A stretch of 64,000 nt of DNA from Alphaproteobacteria bacterium (GTDB taxonomy: Bacteria; Pseudomonadota; Alphaproteobacteria; UBA828). The stretch lies in assembly GCA_963422645.2 (NCBI GenBank), contig CAXXVO010000007.1, positions 32,001 to 96,000 on the forward strand, given 5' to 3'. Shown in pieces: positions 1-8,466 of this stretch. The first letter of the stretch is position 1. Each line of letters begins with the position of its first letter. The notes under the pieces are model-generated. The model had not been told where the DNA came from. It did no database searches and saw nothing but the letters and a program-made list of their open reading frames with translations. Position numbers and translations under genes: made by a program.

Positions 1-442
1 CATCCCCCGGCCCGAGCGCCGGCGGCTCATTGACGACGCGCTGGAGCGCACCGGGCTCGGCGCCTTCGCGCGCATTCCGGCGCGCGTGCTCTCCTTCGGC
101 GAGCAGCAGCGGCTGGCGCTCGCGCGCTCCTGGGCGCTGCACCCGCAGGTGCTCTTCCTCGACGAGCCGACCGCCAATCTCGACCCGGCGGCGACCCACG
201 TGATAGAGGGCGCGATCGAGGCGATGGCCCGGGAGGGCACCAAGATCATCATGACCACCCACGATCTCGGCCAGGCGCGGCGGCTCGCCGACGAGGTGAT
301 GTTCCTGCACCGCGGCCGCGTGCTGGAGCACGCAGTAGCCGAGACCTTCTTTGCGGGGCCTGAGAACGAGCTCGCCAGCGCCTTCCTACGCGGGGAGCTC
401 TTGTGGTGGGAGCGCCGCGAGCTCACCCCGCCCGGGGCCTGA
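1..442 (+). CDS. tupC: ABC transporter ATP-binding protein, probably tungstate transporter TupC (5' partial)
   Basis: LSFGEQQRLALARS signature, LFLDEPT Walker B and H-loop; frame is open from the window start; lies directly upstream of tupA. Confidence 0.75.
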   Translation, partial: IPRPERRRLIDDALERTGLGAFARIPARVLSFGEQQRLALARSWALHPQVLFLDEPTANLDPAATHVIEGAIEAMAREGTKIIMTTHDLGQARRLADEVMFLHRGRVLEHAVAETFFAGPENELASAFLRGELLWWERRELTPPGA

Positions 443-459
443 AGCAGAGACCGCTGCCC

Positions 460-1299
460 ATGCGACTCTACGGCCGCTCCCGAGGCCGCGTCCTCCGCCT
501 CTTCGCGGCGTTGGCCCTCGCGCTCCTGCTGGCAGCGCCGGGCGCGCGGGCCGGGGACTTCATCACCGTCGCCTCGACCACGTCGACCCAGAACGCCGGG
601 CTCTTCGATCATCTGCTGCCGCTCTTCGAGGCCGAGACCGGGATCGAGGTGCGCGTCGTCGCGGTCGGCACCGGCCAAGCGCTGCGGCTCGCGCGGAACG
701 GCGATGCGGACTTGCTGCTGGTGCACGACAAGCCGTCCGAGAAAGCGTTCGTTGCCGAAGGCTACGGCAGCGCGCGCTTCGACCTGATGTACAACGACTT
801 CGTGGTGGTCGGGCCGGCGAGCGATCCGGCTGGAATCGCCGGCACGGACGACGCAGCCGCGGCGCTTGCCAGCATCGCGGCGGCGAAAGCGCCCTTCGTC
901 AGCCGAGGCGACGACAGCGGCACCCACCGGCGCGAGCAGGCACTCTGGGCGGCTGCTGGGGTGGACCCCACCGGTGCGTCCGGCACCTGGTACCGCGAAG
1001 CAGGCCAAGGCATGGGGGCGACGCTCAACACCGCGACGATGATGGAGGCTTACACGCTCGCCGACCGCGGCACGTGGCTCGCCATGCGGGGCAGGCTCGA
1101 CCTCCGGGTCGTGGTGGAGGGCGATGCGCGGCTCCGCAACCAGTACGGCATCACCCTGGTAAGCCCGGAGCGGCACCCGCACGTCAAGGCGGCGCTTGCC
1201 CGGCGCTTCGCCGATTGGCTGCTCTCGCCCGCGGGCCAGGCGGCGATCGACGGCTTCGCCATCGACGGCGAGCGCCTCTTCATCCCCAACGCGCGCTAA
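460..1299 (+). CDS. tupA: Tungstate ABC transporter substrate-binding protein
   Basis: Signal peptide; ASTTSTQNAGL, VGTGQAL and SRGDDSGTH motifs typical of TupA. Confidence 0.85.
   Translation: MRLYGRSRGRVLRLFAALALALLLAAPGARAGDFITVASTTSTQNAGLFDHLLPLFEAETGIEVRVVAVGTGQALRLARNGDADLLLVHDKPSEKAFVAEGYGSARFDLMYNDFVVVGPASDPAGIAGTDDAAAALASIAAAKAPFVSRGDDSGTHRREQALWAAAGVDPTGASGTWYREAGQGMGATLNTATMMEAYTLADRGTWLAMRGRLDLRVVVEGDARLRNQYGITLVSPERHPHVKAALARRFADWLLSPAGQAAIDGFAIDGERLFIPNAR
1200..1292 (+). repeat. 93-bp direct repeat, copy 1 (3' end of tupA)
   Basis: Matches 3797..3889 with 4 mismatches. Confidence 0.9.
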
Positions 1300-1415
1300 C
1301 CCGTATTTCTGTCGGGATCACGGCTTGCGTCGGGCGGGACGCGGGCGACGACGCCCCTCGCCCTAGACACGCATCAAGATATTGTGGATTGCGGGGAAAG
1401 CCATACAGAATCTGG

Positions 1416-1445
1416 TTGACAGCACCGGCCGAATTCTCCAGAACT
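1416..1445 (+). promoter_or_regulatory. Putative sigma70 promoter of the atypical tRNA
   Basis: TTGACA at 1416-1421 with a weak -10-like CAGAAC 17 bp downstream, about 20 bp before the tRNA. Confidence 0.5.
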
Positions 1446-1465
1446 CGACCAGTGCTGCACATTGC

Positions 1466-1551
1466 GGGCGCGTGGCGGAATTGGTAGACGCAGCGGTCTA
1501 GAAAACCGTGGCCTGAGGAGCATGTGGGTTCGAGTCCCACCGCGCCCACCA
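1466..1551 (+). tRNA. Atypical class II tRNA: anticodon AGA (Ser) on a Leu-type body
   Basis: Acceptor GGGCGCG/CGCGCCC + A + CCA; D arm GCG-GAATTGGTAGA-CGC; anticodon arm GCGGT-CTAGAAA-ACCGT; 14-nt variable region; T arm GTGGG-TTCGAGT-CCCAC. Confidence 0.9.
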
Positions 1552-1583
1552 GGGGCGGCCCAGTAGGGTCGCCCCTTTCCTTT
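1552..1583 (+). terminator. Intrinsic terminator after the tRNA
   Basis: GGGGCGGCCC-AGTA-GGGTCGCCCC hairpin followed by TTTCCTTT. Confidence 0.75.
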
Positions 1584-1632
1584 CCACCCGCATCTTGAGC
1601 CGAGAGGATCACCGGGTCAAGAAGAAATTGGC

Positions 1633-3520
1633 GTAACTGCCCAGGTTCTTGCTGTGAAAATTCTCTGGGATTCGGCACAACGCTACCCACGCGACGCCCG
1701 TGTGCTCCTCTGGGGTCGCCGGGTTTCACAGCTCACGATGCCCCTCTTGCGGACTGCGACCGGTAAGCTACCCCGATGTGGCCCGAAGTCCGCCCGCGCG
1801 ACGGGCACCGATTTTCATTCTATGGGGTGGTCCAGCACGGCGTCGACCATGATCGTTTATGAGAATGGCTCCGCTGTTGGAGAACCCGTGCCAGGTGAGC
1901 TTACGCGCACTTGACGGTGGCGATGAGCCGATCCGATGGGCTGGTCAGGGCTTCGATGATATTCCAGCCCTGCTTTCTGGCGGTGGTGATGACGCTGCGC
2001 AGGATGGCGAAGTTCTCGGCCCCCTGCGCGGACCGGAAGCCCCCGGAGATCTTCTGGCGCAGCTTCATCATCCGAAGGTCGCGCTCGGCCTCGTTGTTCG
2101 TGAACCCGACCTCGAGGTCGATCAGGAACCGGAGCACCGCGCATTTGTGGTCGCGCAGCCTCAAGGCCAGATTGTGACCGATCCTTCGCTTCCGGCGCTT
2201 CTTCCTCTTGCCAGGCGAGAACGGTGGTTGGCTCTCGTGAAAGGCCAGCGCATCGGCGATGATCTCGTCGTATCGGCGCTCGATCAGCGCCACAAGCCTC
2301 GCCGGAACGGCGATATCCTTGTCCAGCGCGATGCGGGCGGCGCGATTGGCTCGGCGCAGGAGCTGCTGCATCCGCCGGGCCCAAGCCTCCCCTTCGATGT
2401 CCACCAGCGCCTGCAACTCCCGCAGGTGATGGGCGTTGCACAGGCCGTGCTCCACCCCTTCCATCGCGAAGTACGGCTTCCAGTGATCGTGCACGACGAT
2501 GCCGGAGACACCCGAGAGCAGGGCGCCGCGCTTGCCGCTGACCCGGTACGCCGCCAGCAGCGGCGTGCAGATCACATGAAGCCACTGCGTCTGACCGCCG
2601 ATCCGCAAGCCGGTCTCGTCCATGTGTTTCACCCGCGCCGTGCCCGCCGCCAGGTCCTGTATGTGCAAGGCCGCGTCCCGCAGCCGCTCGGCCGCCCTCT
2701 CGCTCATCGTCGCCAACGTCGCAGCCGTCACCGGCGCGCCGAAGAGCTCGGCCATCACCTGCGACAGCCGATCCTCCGGCAGGAAGTGAGCGTGCTGAAG
2801 GTAGACCGCCACCCCGGCAATGCGCGGGCCGTACTGCACCGGCGCCGACACCCCGTCGGGGAACGCCGCCCGGGTCACCGTCCCGCAATGCCCGCAGCAC
2901 TTGGCATGCGCCCGGTGCTCGGTCACCTCCAGGGGGCTCGGCTCGGGCAGATCGAACACCTGGCGGGCGACGGGCGTTCCCGCCCTGGCCGCGTCCGAAA
3001 GCGGCGAACCGCATCCCTTGCAGGAAGCCGGGACGTGATCCTTCACCCGATCCGGGTGATCGGCGCGGCGCAGCGTCTTGCCCTTGTGGCCGGGCTGGCC
3101 ACCGGGCTTGCGGCCCGATTTGCCGCGCAGGCTTCGGGTTCGCCGCTTCGAATTCGGCTTCCTCAGCCCATCGCTCGAAGGCGGCTTGACGCTGTTGCCG
3201 CTGTTGAGGCCGAGACGGCGCTCCAACTCCTCGATGCGCTCGACGAGACGCGCGACTTGCTCTTCCAGCCGCGCGTTCTGCTGCCGAAGCCAGGCATTTT
3301 CCTCCCGAAGCCGGGCGTTCTCCTCCTCCAGGCGGGCGATCTTCTGCGCGGGCGTTTCGGGCGCTGCTCCCGTCGAAGGGCCGCGCGGCGACTCGGGATT
3401 GCTCATGTCGTTGTTGAGTCATTTCCCGAAATTCCCGTCAAGCCCTTTCCACCAACTCCGAACGAGAAACGCCTCAATCCACTGGCCCAAAATGACAAAT
3501 CAGACGACCTGGGCAGTTAC
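1633..3520 (-). mobile_element. IS66-family element A, copy 1 (single ORF, ISBst12-like), 1888 bp
   Basis: Terminal IRs GTAACTGCCCAGGT; 8-bp target duplication AAATTGGC at 1625-1632 and 3521-3528. Confidence 0.95.
1901..3406 (-). CDS. IS66 transposase (TnpC-like)
   Basis: Coiled coil, KPPSSDG, GGQPGHKG, CxxC zinc motifs, MDETG, CNAHHLREL, TNNEAERDLR. Confidence 0.95.
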   Translation of the reverse strand: MSNPESPRGPSTGAAPETPAQKIARLEEENARLREENAWLRQQNARLEEQVARLVERIEELERRLGLNSGNSVKPPSSDGLRKPNSKRRTRSLRGKSGRKPGGQPGHKGKTLRRADHPDRVKDHVPASCKGCGSPLSDAARAGTPVARQVFDLPEPSPLEVTEHRAHAKCCGHCGTVTRAAFPDGVSAPVQYGPRIAGVAVYLQHAHFLPEDRLSQVMAELFGAPVTAATLATMSERAAERLRDAALHIQDLAAGTARVKHMDETGLRIGGQTQWLHVICTPLLAAYRVSGKRGALLSGVSGIVVHDHWKPYFAMEGVEHGLCNAHHLRELQALVDIEGEAWARRMQQLLRRANRAARIALDKDIAVPARLVALIERRYDEIIADALAFHESQPPFSPGKRKKRRKRRIGHNLALRLRDHKCAVLRFLIDLEVGFTNNEAERDLRMMKLRQKISGGFRSAQGAENFAILRSVITTARKQGWNIIEALTSPSDRLIATVKCA

Positions 3521-3524
3521 AAAT

Positions 3525-3566
3525 TGGCTCTCAATTGGATTCCAAATGGATTCCAATTGAGAGCCA
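3525..3566. promoter_or_regulatory. 42-bp near-perfect palindrome upstream of the RHH gene (candidate operator or hairpin)
   Basis: TGGCTCTCAATTGGA ... TCCAATTGAGAGCCA, perfect 15-bp arms plus inner TCCA/TGGA. Confidence 0.6.
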
Positions 3567-3590
3567 CGTGCTGTACCGTGCATCTCTGCC

Positions 3591-3779
3591 ATGGCCGAAA
3601 ACAAGCCGATCCATGTCCGAATTTCGCAGATCATGCATGAGTACCTGCAGGACTTGACTGATACTGGGGCTTACGGAGCTAACCCCACGGACGTAGCTCG
3701 GACACTGATCGAAGAAGGAGTGAGAAGGGCTCTGGCGGAGAAGATTATCGAAGTTCGGCGCGGCACCAAGTCGGGTTAG
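3591..3779 (+). CDS. Small ribbon-helix-helix (CopG/MetJ-like) DNA-binding protein
   Basis: 62 aa; beta-strand IHVRIS, helix, G-x-Y-G turn, helix PTDVARTLIEEGV; lower GC than the flanks. Confidence 0.6.
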   Translation: MAENKPIHVRISQIMHEYLQDLTDTGAYGANPTDVARTLIEEGVRRALAEKIIEVRRGTKSG

Positions 3780-3796
3780 CACACCAGCGCAAGCGT

Positions 3797-3889
3797 CCGG
3801 CGCTTCGCCGAATGGCTGCTCTCGCCCGCAGGCCAGGCGGCGATCGACGGCTTCACCATCGATGGCGAGCGCCTCTTCATCCCCAACGC
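3797..3889 (+). repeat. 93-bp direct repeat, copy 2 (orphan tupA 3' fragment)
   Basis: Encodes RRFAEWLLSPAGQAAIDGFTIDGERLFIPNA; 89/93 identical to 1200..1292. Confidence 0.9.
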
Positions 3890-3968
3890 AAACTGGACAC
3901 GGGGCGGTCGGTCCGGATAAGTCCGGCATAGTCCGGGTTCTTCCGGCCATCCGCGCGGAGGCCAGCTC

Positions 3969-5285
3969 ATGGCGGTCAAGATTCTACCCAAGGAGGACGC
4001 CACCAACGGCTGGAGCCGCATCCTGCCCCCACGCGAGCCCACGCCTGCGCTCAAGGGTGACGTGCGCGCCGACTGGCTGGTGGTGGGCGCGGGCTTCGCC
4101 GGCCTGGCGGCGGCACGCAGGCTCGCCGAGAACCGCCCCGACGATCACATCGTCCTGCTCGACGCCCACGAGGTGGGCGAGGGCGCCTCAGGCCGCAACT
4201 CGGGCTTCGCCATCGACCTGCCGCACAATGTCGGCGGCGAGTTCGAGGAGCTTTCGGGGGCGCACGACTACATCCGCCTCAGCCGGGCGGCGATCGACTA
4301 TCTGGATGCGTGCGTGGCGCAGAACGGGATCGAGTGCGCCTACACCCATCGCGGCAAGTACCACGCCGCCCGCACGGAGCTCGGGCGCGAGAAGATCCTG
4401 GAGCCCTTCGCGCGCGCGCTCGACGAACTCGACGAGCCCTATCGCTGGGTCGACGCCGCCGGTCTCAAGCGGGAGCTCGGCACGTCCTATCACACATCGG
4501 CGCTCTACACGGCGGGCTTGCGGCTCATGAACCCGGCGGGCCTCACCAAGGGCCTCGCCGACACGCTGCCCGGAAACGTGACGCTGCACGAGCACACACC
4601 GGTGATGGAGGTGGAGGAGCGGAACGGCATTCGCGCGACCACCCCGGGCGGCACCGTCGACGCCCAGGCCATGGTGCTCGCAGTCAACGGCTTTGCGCCG
4701 CAGTTCTCGGTCTTCAAGGGCTCCTTGCTCAACTTCGCGGCCCACGGCAGCCTGACCCGGCCGCTCACCGAGGCCGAGCACCAGGCGCTCGGCGGCGTCG
4801 ATGACTGGGGCCTCACCCCGGCCAACTCCCACATCAGCGTCACCATGCGCTACACCACCGAGCGGCGCATCCTGATCCGCCAACGCTTCTTTTATGCGCC
4901 GAGGCTCCGGCGCTCGGACGCCGAAATGGAGACGATCCGACGGGACCATCAGCGGGCTTTCGAAGCGCGCTTCCCGATGCTGCCGGAGGTCAAGATCGAG
5001 CACACCTGGCGCGGCTATGTCTGCCTCTCGCGCAACCATGCGCCGGGCTTCGGCAAGGTGGGCCCCCACACCTTCGCCGCCGTGTGCCAGAACGGGGTGG
5101 GCGTCACCAAGGGCACCATCTCGGGCGTGCTGGCGGCGGACATGGCCACCGGCCAGGACAACCCGCTCATCGCCGACTTGGAGGCACAGGGGAAACCGGA
5201 CCCGTTGCCGCCGGCCCCCATCACGTACCTGGGCGTGCGCGCCCGCCTCGCCCTCGACGATATCCGCTGGCGGCGCGAGCGTTAG
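3969..5285 (+). CDS. FAD-dependent oxidoreductase (DAO / PuuB-like family)
   Basis: VVGAGFAGLAAA Rossmann motif, GASGRNSG, C-terminal CQNGVGVTKG. Confidence 0.85.
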   Translation: MAVKILPKEDATNGWSRILPPREPTPALKGDVRADWLVVGAGFAGLAAARRLAENRPDDHIVLLDAHEVGEGASGRNSGFAIDLPHNVGGEFEELSGAHDYIRLSRAAIDYLDACVAQNGIECAYTHRGKYHAARTELGREKILEPFARALDELDEPYRWVDAAGLKRELGTSYHTSALYTAGLRLMNPAGLTKGLADTLPGNVTLHEHTPVMEVEERNGIRATTPGGTVDAQAMVLAVNGFAPQFSVFKGSLLNFAAHGSLTRPLTEAEHQALGGVDDWGLTPANSHISVTMRYTTERRILIRQRFFYAPRLRRSDAEMETIRRDHQRAFEARFPMLPEVKIEHTWRGYVCLSRNHAPGFGKVGPHTFAAVCQNGVGVTKGTISGVLAADMATGQDNPLIADLEAQGKPDPLPPAPITYLGVRARLALDDIRWRRER

Positions 5286-6130
5286 TCCAACTCGTCGCGC
5301 AGGTCGCGCAAGGAATTGCCGGCCACATGGGCCGGCACGGTCGAGGCTCGCACCAGGGCGTCGAAGTGGCGTGAGAGCACGCGAATATGCGCGATCGTGT
5401 TGAAGGCGAAAAACATCTGGCCGACATAGACCACCGCCCGCTGCGGCCCGAACACGGTGTAGGGCACGGAGAAATGGGTAAGGCCGTCGAAGAAGAACAC
5501 GCGGAGCGTGGGGTAGAGTTCGTCGATCAACGCGATCATGTGATCGAGCTGCTCGCGCCTGGCCGCTAACGAAAGGTCGCGCCAGATGCCCTCGGCACGG
5601 GCAAAGGACTCCATGGACTGACGCGACACACAGATTTCGATATCCGTCTCCGGCAGCCGCACATAGGCGAGGCGGCCGTGGGAAATCGCGATCGCCCGGT
5701 CGGGCGATCTGGCGGCGAAGTCGCGATATTCGTAATCCAACACCGCCTCGGTCTTGAGCATGTCCGGGAGCGTGGTCGGCACATGGCGGATCTTGTAGCC
5801 GACCGCCTCGGCGTACCAGGCGGCGAGGCTTTCATCCGCGGGCTCGTCCGCGCTCGCCTTCACTTCAACCGATTCTTCCAGGATATCGGCGCCGAGCTTC
5901 GCCTGCTGGCTGAGGCCGAGCAGCCAATCGAGGCTCACGTGAAGAGCTGCCGCGATCGCTGCGGCGGTGTCGGCGCGCGGCAGGCGGTCGGCCTCGGCCG
6001 ATAGAAGCTGCGACAGCGTGGAGCGGTCGATGCCGATGCGCGCGGCGAGGGCGGACCGGTTGACCTGCCCCCTCTCCATGGCCTCGCGCAGCCGCTCGCG
6101 GAAGCGTTGCGCCGTGTCACGCCGATCCAT
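5282..6130 (-). CDS. XRE-family HTH transcriptional regulator
   Basis: N-terminal HTH RSALAARIGIDRSTLSQLL...VSLDWLLG; divergent from the desaturase gene. Confidence 0.85.
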   Translation of the reverse strand: MDRRDTAQRFRERLREAMERGQVNRSALAARIGIDRSTLSQLLSAEADRLPRADTAAAIAAALHVSLDWLLGLSQQAKLGADILEESVEVKASADEPADESLAAWYAEAVGYKIRHVPTTLPDMLKTEAVLDYEYRDFAARSPDRAIAISHGRLAYVRLPETDIEICVSRQSMESFARAEGIWRDLSLAARREQLDHMIALIDELYPTLRVFFFDGLTHFSVPYTVFGPQRAVVYVGQMFFAFNTIAHIRVLSRHFDALVRASTVPAHVAGNSLRDLRDELD

Positions 6131-6232
6131 GCGCCAATTCTCCTGTTTGAGCGCTACATCATCTCTTGGTGATAAATATCACAATAGTCGCGAATTTTGC
6201 GCGCAGTATGACAATCCAAGCGAATTCCCACG

Positions 6233-7240
6233 TTGTTTCACCGCGCGACGGGCCACAGAGTGGACCGTCGCCGTCGCCACAGCCGGGTCATCGTGCACAG
6301 TAACCCCGACAATTCCCTCGCTCGAGCGGACCTCCCTGCCCTCTGGCGCTGGATCGAGGGGCCGACCTGGCTCGTGGCGGCGGCGGTCTACGGCGGCTGG
6401 CTGGCGCTCACTTGGTACCATCATGCGCTGCCCTGGTGGCTGGTCCTGCCGCTCGGCGGCTGGCTGGTCGGCTGGCACGGCAGCCTGCAGCACGAGATCA
6501 TCCACGGCCATCCCACGCGCCGGCCCTGGGTCAACACCGCGCTCGCCATGGCGCCGGTCGCGCTCTGGCTACCCTATCCCCTCTACCGCAGCCGCCACCT
6601 CAGCCATCACGCCACGCCGCACCTCACGGAACCGCCTGCCGATACCGAAAGCTTCTACGTGGAGCCCGAGCGCTGGCGTCGGCTGGGGCCGGTTCATCGG
6701 GCGCTGCTCCGGGTCCACAACACTCTGGCCGGCCGGCTGCTGCTGGGACCTGCGCTCGCAATGCTCGCGTTCTGGCGGGAGGAAGGCGCGCGGCTGATGC
6801 GGGGCGAGTCGGGATGTGTTCAAATCTGGGCCACGCATGCGGTGTTGACTGCGCTGGTGCTGGTCTGGGTGCTGGTCGTCTGCGGCATCCCGCTCTGGGC
6901 CTACGTGATGCTCTACGTCTATCCGGGCACCGCACTGATCCTGCTGCGCTCCTACACCGAGCATCGGCCGGCGACGAACCAAGCAAAGCGCACGGTGATC
7001 GTGGAAGCCGGGCCACTGATGAGGCTGCTCTTCCTCAGCAACAATTTTCACGCGCTCCACCACGAGCGCCCCGGCATCGCCTGGTACGACCTGCCCCATG
7101 TCTACCGCGAGGAGCGGCAGCGGTTGCTTGCCGACAACGGCAGCTTCCTGTTCACCGGCTACGGCGATATCGTGCGGCGGTTCTTGTGGCGGGTGAAGGA
7201 TTCGCCACTCCACCCCGGCCCGGCCGGCCAGAACCAATAG
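6233..7240 (+). CDS. Fatty acid desaturase family membrane protein (start uncertain, possibly GTG 6293)
   Basis: His boxes HEIIH, HLSHH and HALHH; hydrophobic segments. Confidence 0.85.
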   Translation: MFHRATGHRVDRRRRHSRVIVHSNPDNSLARADLPALWRWIEGPTWLVAAAVYGGWLALTWYHHALPWWLVLPLGGWLVGWHGSLQHEIIHGHPTRRPWVNTALAMAPVALWLPYPLYRSRHLSHHATPHLTEPPADTESFYVEPERWRRLGPVHRALLRVHNTLAGRLLLGPALAMLAFWREEGARLMRGESGCVQIWATHAVLTALVLVWVLVVCGIPLWAYVMLYVYPGTALILLRSYTEHRPATNQAKRTVIVEAGPLMRLLFLSNNFHALHHERPGIAWYDLPHVYREERQRLLADNGSFLFTGYGDIVRRFLWRVKDSPLHPGPAGQNQ

Positions 7241-7797
7241 GGAGCGTTATCCATGACTGACGCCGCAGTATCCAGCGGACCGGATCTTCTCGAGCGGCTG
7301 GCGGCAGGGCCTGTCATCTGCGCCGAGGGCTATCTGTTCGAGATCGAGCGCCGCGGCTATCTCTCCGCAGGCGCCTACGTGCCGGAGGCGGTTCTCGACC
7401 ACCCGGAGGTCGTGGCCCAATTGCACCGCGATTTTCTGCACGCGGGCTCCGACGTCATGCTGGCCTTCACCTACTACGCCCATCGCGAGAAGCTGCGGGT
7501 GATCGGCAGGGAGGACACGCTCGAGGAGATGAACCGCACGGCGCTCCGCCTGGCGCGGGAGGCGGCGCAGGGGAGCGACGCGCTGGTCGCCGGCAATGTG
7601 TCCAACTCCAGCATTTACGTAACTGCCCAGGTCGTCTGATTTGTCGTAACTACCCAGGTACCCCGCCGCCAGTTCTGAGTGCGTGCTGATGTTGCTTGCC
7701 GTCGGTGCCGTTTCGCCGTCGGCGCGTCGTTGATCCCCGCTTGACTGTATAGGTTCTCTCGCCTATGGGTTGCACTCTCGCATGAGAGGAGCAGCCG

Positions 7798-8466
7798 GTG
7801 GGGTATTTCGGGTCGAAGGCGACGACCGGTCTGAGCCAGGCGCTGATTGCGCTGATGCCGCCGCACTCTGTCTATATCGAGAGCCATCTTGGGGGCGGGG
7901 CGCTGATGAAGCGCAAGCCTGCGGCCATGCGCTCGATCGGGATCGACCGCGACGAGCGGGCGCTTGAGGCCTTTGGCTGCGACTACCCGGTGGAGTTGGT
8001 GCCCGGCTGCGCCCATTCCTTCCTGGCCTCGTTCCCGTTTCTGGGCCCGGAGCTGGTCTACAGCGATCCGCCCTATCTGCACGCGACCCGGCGTTCGTCG
8101 CAGCGCTACCGCTTCGAGTACGAGGAGGCCGACCACGTCGCGCTCCTCGAACTGCTCAAGGGTCTGCCCTGCCAGGTGATGGTCTCGGGCCACCCGTCTG
8201 CGCTCTATGACGAGCTGCTGGCGGGCTGGCGCCGGCTGGCGCTGCAGGTGACGACCCAGGCCCAGGTGCGGACCGAGGTCGTGTGGTTCAACTTCGCGCC
8301 TGACCGGGTGCACTGGGCGAGCTTCGCCGGCCGGAACTTCACCGAGCGCCAGTGCATCAAGCGCAAGGCGGCCAACTGGGGCCGGCGCTACGAGGCCATG
8401 CCGGCGGGCGAACGCCTGGCGGTGCTGGCCGCGATCATGGCCGTCGAGGCCGACGAGGGTTCGTGA
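7798..8466 (+). CDS. Compact N6-adenine DNA methyltransferase (Dam/D12-like, alpha motif order)
   Basis: GYFGSK, YIESHLGGGA (motif I), IGID, LVYSDPPY (motif IV), SGH/Y-x-S-x-LY; 222 aa. Confidence 0.9.
   Translation: MGYFGSKATTGLSQALIALMPPHSVYIESHLGGGALMKRKPAAMRSIGIDRDERALEAFGCDYPVELVPGCAHSFLASFPFLGPELVYSDPPYLHATRRSSQRYRFEYEEADHVALLELLKGLPCQVMVSGHPSALYDELLAGWRRLALQVTTQAQVRTEVVWFNFAPDRVHWASFAGRNFTERQCIKRKAANWGRRYEAMPAGERLAVLAAIMAVEADEGS

Noticed and set aside
1497-1504. Reading the first tRNA as ordinary Leu(TAG) or as a CTA amber suppressor
   Set aside because: The only 5-bp stem with a 7-nt loop and U33 places AGA at positions 34-36; TAG or CTA would need a broken stem or lack U33
1857-3640. 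Long 521-aa and 548-593-aa alternative-frame and antisense ORFs over each IS66 transposase
   Set aside because: Arg/Gly/Pro-rich shadows typical of high-GC coding DNA; they recur only because the IS copies are near-identical
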